A stretch of DNA of 64,000 nt from Octopus vulgaris (taxonomy: Eukaryota): contig OX597823.1 in NCBI GenBank assembly GCA_951406725.2, forward strand, positions 86,118,001 through 86,182,000. Reading direction: 5' to 3'. The stretch's first letter is position 1. The number at the start of each line of letters is the position of its first letter. The translations under genes were made by a program, and so were the position numbers. Below are positions 53,820 to 64,000 of this stretch, one piece after another. Below the pieces are notes generated by a model that ran no database searches, was not told the DNA's origin, and saw nothing but the letters and a program-made list of their open reading frames with translations.

Positions 53820-54379
53820 GCAAGGCAATTAGATGCGAGACACAGTCATCGAATACTTGCAAACATGATTAATGATCTTTATACAGTGTACCCAATTGAA
53901 GAAAGCAGTCAGTTAATATTTGTCTATATATCTTTGTGAAAAGAGCAGCAACGATTCAGTTTCTAAGAGAGTGGTGCATGATAAAAATAGAGTGGTGGTT
54001 TAGATTGCGGACTGAAGAAAAATAATAAAAAAACATGGCGGTGGAGTAAGGGTGTAGAGAGGTTAGTCGGCTGGTTGGTCGGTGGGTTGATAGGAACGCG
54101 TGTAAGGACAAATTGGGCGAGTATCAAAAACATTCCTTCAACAGTAGAATGACAGTTGTATGTGTATATATCGACGTATTTTCGTGTGCATGTTTGTGTG
54201 TGTCCGTGTGGGTGAGTGAGTTTCTGTGTATAGATATACGTCTGTGTGTTTGAATCTGTGCTTGCATGTCTTAGAATACATTTATATATGGGGAGATAGT
54301 TGATGTGTATATATATATATCAATATCAGTTTATCTCTCTCTCTCTCGTTCTCCCCCCTCTCTCTCGCTTTATCAATCA

Positions 54380-54441
<62 letters not shown>

Positions 54442-54605
54442 TTAGCTATCTTTCCGTATACTTATATGCGCATTTCTCTAAACACGCATATGTGCATGGT
54501 GTGTTTGTGTGTGTCTGTGTGTGTGCGTCTGTGTATGTGAATATGTATATATGTATGTATATTTATATATAGTTACACATGTATATATACATACATATAA
54601 ATACT

Positions 54606-54641
<36 letters not shown>

Positions 54642-55259
54642 TACATATATATATAAATACACACATATATACACGCACACATCTATATATATATATACGC
54701 ATATATATGCATATATATACGTATGTATTTATATATATATACGTATATATATATCAATATCTTTAAATATATACTTATATATACATAAATGTAAGCATAT
54801 ATATATATGAATACACACACAAACATACACATACATACATATATACACACACATACATATTGTTTTTCTCTTATTGGTTATGTGTTCTTCACAATATTCG
54901 CAAAGATTTCATCTTCTAGAGAAATGTCCTTGATAGATTTTGTTTACATAATGCACTCACACGCACACACACACACACGCTCACAAATGTGATCGCATAC
55001 AGCGATATATAAGTGTGTGTGTACGTGTATATAGTATAGATAATATTCGTTTTATATATATTATACATATATGTATAAATATGTGTGTGTGAGTGTGTAC
55101 GCGAGTGCACATGCATATATTCATATACACACATATTTGTAAAGACACGGAGATCATATACATACAAATACAGAGAGCAACAGAAGTATTGCTTGGGAAT
55201 TAGAGAGAATTAAATAGATCGACAGATAGACAGACTGATATTTTAGTTAGCTAGATATA

Positions 55260-55374
<115 letters not shown>

Positions 55375-55478
55375 ATAGATAGATAGATACACACACAAAC
55401 AGACAGACATATTTGGTGCTATTAATTTAGACATGGCCTGGACCAAATTTTTGGTCGAAACATATCTAAATTTATATA

Positions 55479-55515
<37 letters not shown>

Positions 55516-55531
55516 AAAGAGAGAGAGAGAG

Positions 55532-55569
<38 letters not shown>

Positions 55570-56127
55570 AGAGAGAGAGAGAGAGATACATAGATACATA
55601 GATAGAAAGAAAGACAGACAGATAACGAAATGGTATCATCCTGTCTTGTCTTTCTCTATATACATGATTAGGTTCGCATATAACGTTCATTTCCTTTGTA
55701 CATGTTATATCTACAGATCACTTGATTGCCTTCATATTTAGTTAAGAATTTGTTGGTTTAAGGAATTTCTCCATTCCTCCAAAAGGATGGCCAATTCCTC
55801 AGAGTTTAGAGATTTTTAAGACTCTGTTTAATAAGGGATTACAAGTAAACATTTAGTCATCGATCTAATCTCCTCTCTCTCTCTCTGTCTCTGTCTCTCT
55901 ATTTCTTTCTCCCTCCCTATCTCACTTCAGATATATATATATATATATATACTGTAATTTGACTAGTATAAGTAACCCTTTTTTGTCAAAAATTAGGTTT
56001 AAAAATATAGATATATATATACACATACACATATCGTATTTTAACGTGTATAATGAACCCTCGTGTATAAAAGTCCCTAACTGGATATAGTATCCATCTA
56101 TGAGAAACTCCCATATTTTTAAACCTA

Positions 56128-56186
<59 letters not shown>

Positions 56187-56486
56187 TGTATGTATGTACG
56201 TATGTATATATACATATATGAATACAGGACGTCACAAAGCGTACACTTCTCGAAATACGAAATAAATAAATGGAAAAGAACACAATTAACATATAGAACG
56301 ACCCTCCATCAGTTTTCGGCTGTTCATTTACTCCATACTTCGAGCAGATGCAAGGTCGTTCTTTATGTTACTTGTCTTGTTTTCCATTTGTTTCTTTCAT
56401 TGTTCGCCTACAAACGTTCGTATTCCATATTTTCGTATTTCATGTTGTTTGCGTTTTGTCCCGTACTGTACCAATTTATGCATATA

Positions 56487-56768
56487 TTTGGTAGACGGAA
56501 ACTGAAAGAATCTCGTCCTATATATGTATATATATGTATGTGTGTGTGTGTATATGTTTGTGTGTCTGTATTTGTTCCCCCAGCATCGCCTGACAACAGA
56601 TGCTGGTATGTTTACGTCCCAGTAACTTAGCGGTTCGGCAAAAGAGACCGATAGAATAAGTACTAGGCTTACAGAGAATAAGTCCTAGGGTCGATTTGCT
56701 CGACTAAAGGCAGTGCTGCAGGATGGCCGCATTCAAATGACTCAAACAAGTAAAAGAGTAAAAGAGAG
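56487..56768 (+). mobile_element. SINE family A, 3' part
   Basis: Matches family A through the AAAAGAGTAAAAGAG tail. Confidence 0.88.
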
Positions 56769-57180
56769 ACAGAGTCAGTCACATCAAAACAGGAAATTTA
56801 TATACTACAACTAGGGGTGGACACTGGTGGTTTGATATCAGATAGGTCAAGTCACTTCCCTTGTAGTATCCACGTTAATCAAACTAAGAGTAATATATTA
56901 GAGAATTATGTATTAGGTATTATATAATATATAATATATTATATTATATAACATATATATTATATAAGATATATATATTTCATATTAAATAATGAGAAAA
57001 TGGAGAAAACTTCTGACTAACAAAGAAACCCATAAATATTTCCCTAGATCACTGTTAGTTCACTATTTTGCCTATCGACGTCAAGCTCCACGCTGCAAGA
57101 TGGCATGATTTTAATATATAGAGTCTTCCAGGCCCTCTTCTTTCCTCATCCCCCTTCTCATCGTTTATTTTATGCATTTG

Positions 57181-57293
57181 TATTCACTCTGATGAAGCTC
57201 CATGTACTAGATCGAATGTGCTATGAATTTCTTTTCGAAATTTCTTTCGTAATCACCGACTAACATTGGAAGCGGAAACAACCGTAAGAAATG
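57181..57293 (+). ncRNA. Hammerhead ribozyme with long helix II (helix I partly decayed)
   Basis: CT-CTGATGA-AGCTCCATGT...ACATTGGAAGCG-GAAAC-AACC-GTA-AG. Confidence 0.6.
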
Positions 57294-57399
57294 TTAGGCC
57301 ATGTTTCGTATTAAAAAATAGCCGATGTTGATCAAGTTGTTATCTTCATTTTCTGATTATTTAAATTTGATTCATGATAAACTTTTATTCTGTTGTTAG

Positions 57400-58035
57400 C
57401 TGTACCCTATGAGCATAGTGTGCCTGCATACCCATGCCCAAAGAATACCACAGGTACATTGTTACATTGTTTTGCGGAGATTGTTTTTTTTTTTTTGGTA
57501 AAGATATTGTCTCTGTCTCGAAAAAATGTCTGTGTATTGCGTTGAGTCAAAAGGTTTGCAATACTTCGGTAACTTTTTCGCCTTATTCGTTACGTTACAA
57601 CCAAAACAACCTGGCGTTAAAAGTAGAGGCCATCATGTTGTCCCTTCTAAAACCACCTTTCTACCAGTTCTTTGATCCGACTCTGCTGCCAGTTCTTGCC
57701 GTCACTGAAGTTTCAGCCTTCATCTTGGTTGATTACGCGTCGTGCCCGCAAAATAACGAGAAGTCAAAATCCGCGGGAGATATTTTTCCACAATCTTGAC
57801 GTGCAGGGGCGGTGGTTAAGCAAGGGCCAACTTCCAGAAACTTTGTTAAACACGGTTATTTCGAACTCAAGGTACTGCCCTGTCTCTGGTAACGAAATAA
57901 TTCACTATGGTTTCGTCCAGAACGGTCGAACACTGAACAGTTGGATCAGATCTTTGTCACTGTGCGGCAAAAATAATCGGCATTGGTTAATAGAAGGCGA
58001 GTTCTTCTGCACGACCCAGAATGCACTCCAGGAAC
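57400..58035 (+). mobile_element. Highly decayed mariner transposase fragment
   Basis: GRWLSKGQLPE...KV...EIIHYGFVQNGRTLNS...LVNRRRVLLHD, homologous to the mariner catalytic region. Confidence 0.7.
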
Positions 58036-58227
58036 ACTCACACGCACAGACACACACAAGCATGCACACAAAGCAGAAGTACACACATACCAGCACGCAC
58101 ACACGCACACACACACAGAGGAATACACAGAAGACTACATACATATATACATACATATAAACATACATACATACATACATACATACAAACATACATACAC
58201 ACACACACATACAAACAGACATACATA

Positions 58228-58975
58228 AATGTGACAACCGATGCAGACTTGTGGAGTTAACACCGAAGATATCACCCTCACCATAAGCAAGTTGTCCGAA
58301 AATGTCATTACGGTATTATCTACCGATGTGACATGATGTAGCAAGGACACTGGATAATGAAATCCGTCGGACAGATAACCTCGAGAACAAAGAAATAAGA
58401 ATCCGCAGGATGGTAGAATCATAGCCTCTCATAATAAAAAAGGAGAACTTGTGAAATGTCCCAGGGAAGACCTCAATAAAATATAAGCACAACAGACCTC
58501 ATATAATGATTTGGGATAGAGAAGAGAAACGGTGTACAGTTGTGGAAATTAGTTACCCAGCGGATGTTAACATAAATCTGCAGTTACTCTATCCAGATTA
58601 CAGGTTCAGGTTTATACGTGTAATTATTTGGGCCCTGAGGTATGTAACACGCTGCCTAAATATCAATCCTGAGAAATTAGGCTTCTCAAAGCCAGAAAGG
58701 AGAAAGACTACAGATCCAATCATTCACTGGAACTGTAAAAATCTACAAAACTCTCCAGAAGTTTATCATTTACATATATATGACCATATGTAGATATGTA
58801 AGTATATGCATGAGTAGAAATACATAAAGCAGACCATACAAATCTGCACATATACATATATACAAAAATACCATGATGTTGTTGAAATTCCAAAGAAGGA
58901 GCCTTGAATATAGATTAAAAATCGGCTCTTTCTCTATTGGCAAGAACTCTTGAAATAAAACCGAACGACATATCT
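58228..58975 (+). mobile_element. Decayed R4-clade (RLE) LINE 3' portion
   Basis: CDNRCRL..EDIT...CPKMSLRYYLP..HDV, then IMIWDREEKRCTVVEISYPADVNI...IIWALRYV (CCHC, RHD and endonuclease motifs). Confidence 0.8.
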
Positions 58976-59458
58976 ACATATATGCATACTTACACCGGTA
59001 CCTTGTTGCCGTACCACTAGGTTACGATTTCAAACCCCTGACAGACAAATACAAACACACATACACACAAAATTACACACGCGCACACACATATGCACAC
59101 ATACACACACATATATATGTATATACATATACATATATCATGCCAACACGCAGACATTCGCCTGCACACACACACACAATACTGAGTAAAACGTCTCGCC
59201 TTATGTGACACACTAGATAAATGTATACGTGTCGACAAATTTCGTAGCCTGAGAATAAATGAGTAACCTTGATGTTTATCATTACTAAACATACGGTCTT
59301 TAATGTTTTATTATTAGAGTTTATTATTCGGTCTAATTACTCCTTTCCAGAACACCAACAGGGGAGCCAATAATTTCACAACTGGCTGCCGTCAAAATAT
59401 AGCAAGACATATGTACTTTTAAAATATGTATATGATAAGAATTAAAGAAAGTCAGAAA

Positions 59459-59493
<35 letters not shown>

Positions 59494-59725
59494 ATGTACG
59501 TATGTATCTATCTATAAGTAATATAATCGAAATATGTTTAATGTTATCTATACAATTTGACCTAATTCACATGCCAAAGCTTAGTGTATACGAAAATCAA
59601 CTGTAAATATTGCTTGGCGTATGTGCAAATATACATATGTATAAATGTATGTATGTATATCTATATAGAAATATATATGTAAATATATAGGTATATATAT
59701 GCATATATATGCATATGTATATGTA

Positions 59726-59767
<42 letters not shown>

Positions 59768-60057
59768 CGTATATATATATACATATATACTTAAATATAA
59801 ACATATATATATATATACATATAACACATGTATATACACACACATACATACACATATATTTGAATATATGTACGGATATTATTGCTTACAATAATGTCAA
59901 AATATCAAGCGGCAGAGTATGCGTAAGAAACCATACAGGTAAGGGCATAAGGTAAAGAATTATTTTTTCAATAATTAAGTGTCATACAAGTAGCACCAGC
60001 ACTGGTATCTTTCGCGTGCTGGTGCTACATTTAGCACCCTCAATTATTAATGTGTGC

Positions 60058-60435
60058 CTGCGTGGTAAGTAGATTGCTTACCAACCTCATGGTTCCGGGT
60101 TCAGTCTCACTGCGTAGCACCTTGGGCGAGTGTCTTCTACAAAAGCCTCGAGCTGACCAAAGTTTTGTGAGTGGATGTGGTAGATGAAAAATGAATGAAG
60201 CACATTTTGCATCAGCGGGGTGGCGTCATTTGAAGGCTAAAACAATGCGAAACGCATTGTGACCAGCGATGTGGAGCAACATCTGATAGCCTGGTCGGTC
60301 ACGGTGATCACTTTGATATATATATATATATGTATATATATATATGTATGTATGTTTGTATGTATGCATATATGTATGTATTTATGTATGTGTGTGTCTG
60401 TTTGTATCCCCAACATCGCTTGACAACCGATGCTG
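60058..60435 (+). mobile_element. SINE family A remnant interrupted by an RTE-like tail fragment
   Basis: Head 60058-60205, insert 60208-60316, remainder ~60395-60435. Confidence 0.75.
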
Positions 60436-60889
60436 CTCTTCGGAACTCCCTCCCATCACCTTGTATTCCTCTTGGCTATAACATTAAGTGCTTCAAGCAT
60501 TCTTCTTCTAAATATATAGGCTCTTTTCGTCCCTTTTTCTTTGTTATTTTTTACAGTCACACCAAGCTTTGCTTGAGACAAAATCCAAGAAAAACTAAAC
60601 AGGTCTTTTAAATCGATTTCAGTTGAAACAGATGAACAAATCAAGAGACATCTGGTCTTGTGATCTAACAAGGCATAAACTAGAACCGCGTCTCACGATC
60701 CAACACCTTGGGAAGCTTTCATCTGAATAAATTGTCAGGCTAATAGCAGAATATGCTGAAATACCAGTTTATATGTAACGTTCCTCTTGCAATATTATTA
60801 TTAAACGAATATGATGAACTTTCATGGAATGTTCTGACACAGGCGTATCTAAACACACACACACACTCTCTCTCTTTCACACACACACA

Positions 60890-60943
<54 letters not shown>

Positions 60944-61039
60944 CTCTCTCTCTCTCTCAAACACACCCACACACGCGCGCATTCTCTCTCTCTATCACAC
61001 AGACATACGACATATATACGTACATACATTCTGTCAGAG

Positions 61040-62668
61040 ACTTCTTTAGCTTACAGCTGTTTCTGCTATATATGCCTGTTGCACAAGCCATATGCCAGAA
61101 ATATGCCCCAGTGCACAAGGCCAAAACAAATAGGAACAAGATTCTAAGGGAGAGGAAGATCCTCATGAGACGACGGACGAAGTTTGCAATTCGCCTCAAC
61201 CAAAATCCCAAAAGTAGTGAAAGGTCCCTCCTAAAAAAACTGTTGAAGATTGAAAAAAGCCTGCAACAATCCTTTGTGAGGGAAAGAGCAGACAAAGAAT
61301 CCTGGGTTATAAAAAAACATTAAGTCAAACCCAAAGGCCTTCTTTCATTACGCGAAAGAAACACATTAGTACGCTGCAAGATAGAACCCCTCTTCCAAAA
61401 GGATGGCTCCCTCACAGATAGTCCAACGAAGATCAGTGAGGTACTGAATGAGCAGTTGAAAAGTGTCTTTACCACCCTGTTGGAACACAGACAAGTGAAT
61501 GAAGAAGTGGACTTCTTTGGCACCTCACCTATAACAAGCGAGGCAATTACGATGGAATACATCGACACTAGCGAAGAAGATATACAACTAGGCATAGATG
61601 AGGTGGATGCAAACTCAACTGCTGGTCCTGATGGTTTCCCAGCAATCCTCCTCAAAACCCATCCAGATGATTTTCCAGAGTTTTCTTGAAAATGGCAAAC
61701 TGCTAAGCAAGCTGAAGGGGAAGCAGAGTGGATGCCAAAAACTATAGGCCTATCTCTCTTACTTCACACATCAGCAATGTCAGAGAACGGATAGCCAGAA
61801 GGAATCTAATCGCATTTCTTGAAGAAAATAACTTGCTGAGTGATGCTCAGCATGGCTTTCGACCAGGTAGGAGCTACTTGACACAGCTCTTAGAACATTA
61901 CGACTGGGTGTTGAGGTAGTTACTCAACAACTCAAGTGTGGACGTAATTTACCTTGATTATACAAAAGCTTTTCATAAAGTGGATCAGGATATGATATGC
62001 CACAATCTGCGTGATCTTGGCATAGCTGGAAAACTTGGAGACTGGTTACATGAATTTCTGAGAAATAGAAGTAAGGCGGTAGTGGCCAATTGAGCCATCT
62101 CAATGAAAACACAGATAATGTGGTGTTCCATATAGCACTGTTTTGGGACCACTTCTTTTCATAGTGGCCCTCTCAGATATGTCTTCAATTACCTGGATAG
62201 CTACCGTTGCTAGCTACGCAGTCGACACGAAAGTCTCGAAGAAAATACAGAACCCCAGCGATGTTGCACATCTGCAGCAGGAGTTGGACTCAATTTACAG
62301 ATGGGACGAGGATAATAATATGCAGTTCAATGCTAAAATATTCCAAGCCCTGCGCTACCAGCGTCCAAAACTGAATATAAAACTTACAAGCTACACTGGC
62401 CCACAGGGAATTACAATCCCAGAGCCTAAATGAAAGAGAGACCTGGATATCGACATGAGTGATGATACCTCTTTGCAAGTGCACATTACCAGGATGGCGA
62501 CAAAGTGCAGACGACTCTCTGGCTGGATCCTGAGAACATTCAGAACCAGAGATAAGGAAACCATGATGGTCCTCTGGAAGACATTCTTCTTCAGCCGCTT
62601 GGATTACTGCTTCCAGCTAATGGTCACCCAACAGTGTGAAATTAACAGTGGACCTTGAAGCAATCAAG
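61040..62668 (+). mobile_element. CR1-type LINE ORF2 (reverse transcriptase) pseudogene
   Basis: AGPDGFPAILLK, KNYRPISLTS, QHGFRPGRS, YLDYTKAFHKVD, LGPLLFI, YAVDTK, NMQFNAK, GWILRTF, SRLDYC; many stops and frameshifts. Confidence 0.93.
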
Positions 62669-63077
62669 TTAGCTAGCTGGCGGAGATGTGGCTGGGTGAT
62701 AAGAATCTTGCTTCCATCCACGCAGTTCCGTGTTCAATCCGGCTGCGTGGCACCTTAGGTCAACCAAAGTCTTGCGAATGAATTTGGTAAATGGAAACTG
62801 AAAGAAGCTCTTCGTACACACACATACACACACGCTCGCGCGTACATGAGTAATTTGATATCCTTATCTAGCAGTTATTAGTGTCCAGTCATTTGTCTTA
62901 TACAGGAAATAAATATCATGCATGGCGCTAAGATTACATCTTCGATTGTGTTTCATAGTGTTTGAGATAGAAATTGTGTTACGTATATAAAGTATCTTGC
63001 CGGATAATATTACTGAGAGTCACTGGTTTTCGGACAGTTGTGTGAGTTTAAGAGACTGACTTTCCAAACGTGTGATA

Positions 63078-63283
63078 CAGTAATCCTTCGACTATCGCGG
63101 ATGTTACGTTCCAAAACCACCCACAGAAATAATTAAAATTTACAAAAATATGACTGCCCATCGGTCGCAGAAACCCGTGATATCCTGGGGAGTCCGCGAT
63201 GTAAATTTACATATATTAGCCAGAAAAATCCGCGATGTACTGAGTGCGTGATAAGTGAACCGCGATATAGCGAGGAACTGCTG
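63078..63283. mobile_element. Tigger/pogo-like MITE
   Basis: TA|CAGTAATCCTTCGACTATCGCGG ... CCGCGATATAGCGAGGAACTGCTG imperfect TIRs. Related single-end fragments near 18399 and 19272. Confidence 0.75.
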
Positions 63284-63614
63284 TGCTTTGCTCGTTCTTA
63301 CCGCATAATATTTTGGATAAGTAGCGTAGGTTGTATTAATGCTGTGTGTCTGAAAACACGTGTAGCTGTATATATAATTACCAATGCATGGTCCCACAAC
63401 TATAAGCTGCCACCCGAACTCTTAGGTCAACTCCATTCACGTTATATTTAATCTATCTAGTTAGCTAGTGGGCTGGCGCCAACGTGGCTGGCTGGCTGGT
63501 AAAGAGTGAGCTTCCAACCACATAGTTCTGAGGTCAGTGCAACTGCATAGCACCTTGGGCCGACTAAACTCGTGTGAATGAATTTGGTAGAGGGAAGCTG
63601 AAAGACGTCCTTCG

Positions 63615-63661
<47 letters not shown>

Positions 63662-63679
63662 AGACAGACTTATAATATA

Positions 63680-63870
63680 GTTGAAATTCATAGAAAAACA
63701 AAAGTCGAAGACAGGCGTATGAACAACAAGCAAGTGTTTTAGTTTGACGCTCGGGAGAAAATGGAAATGTCTTTTACGTTTCGAGATTACGCTCTTCAGC
63801 AGAAAGGAATAAGAGAAAATAAAGAGAGAGCGAGAATGAAAAAAAACTTGGAGATTTTAGCGGTCCAGCA
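63680..63870 (-). mobile_element. Penelope-like terminal-repeat remnant with variant minimal hammerhead (63771-63806)
   Basis: CTTT-CTGCTGA-AGAG[CGTAAT]CTC-GAAAC-GTA-AAAG. Confidence 0.68.
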
Positions 63871-64000
63871 TTTATATATATATATATATATATTCTTGCA
63901 GGTAAACAATAGACTTTTCTAATTTCATTATGGATAGGAATCGAAACAATTATATGTAATTTCTATTTGATATTTATTATATTATATTATTATAAGAATA

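Overview
AT-rich, microsatellite-dense eukaryotic DNA. The SINE families and repeat landscape strongly suggest an octopus (coleoid cephalopod) genome; this is an inference. There is no intact protein-coding gene, and almost all ORFs in the supplied track are microsatellite or transposon artefacts. Mobile elements seen: a composite Helitron, two decayed mariner elements, R4/Dong, L1-Tx1, RTE and CR1-type LINE fragments, at least four SINE-like families, Merlin-like, piggyBac-like, Tigger-like and foldback MITEs, and many (TA)n-flanked Penelope-like terminal-repeat remnants. Two things stand out. (1) Scattered minus-strand exon remnants between about 25.6 and 52.2 kb (possibly 21-55.9 kb) translate, in the correct order, into successive parts of a strongly diverged Cys-loop (nicotinic-receptor-like) ion channel subunit carrying stops and frameshifts. 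It is either a pseudogene or a mis-polished gene, and it is invisible in the ORF track. (2) About 11 hammerhead-ribozyme motifs occur in several unrelated Penelope-like repeat families. They include near-perfect type I ribozymes, minimal palindromic (dimer-type) ones, and one family with a consistently non-canonical core. All alignments were made by eye and need HMM/BLAST confirmation.
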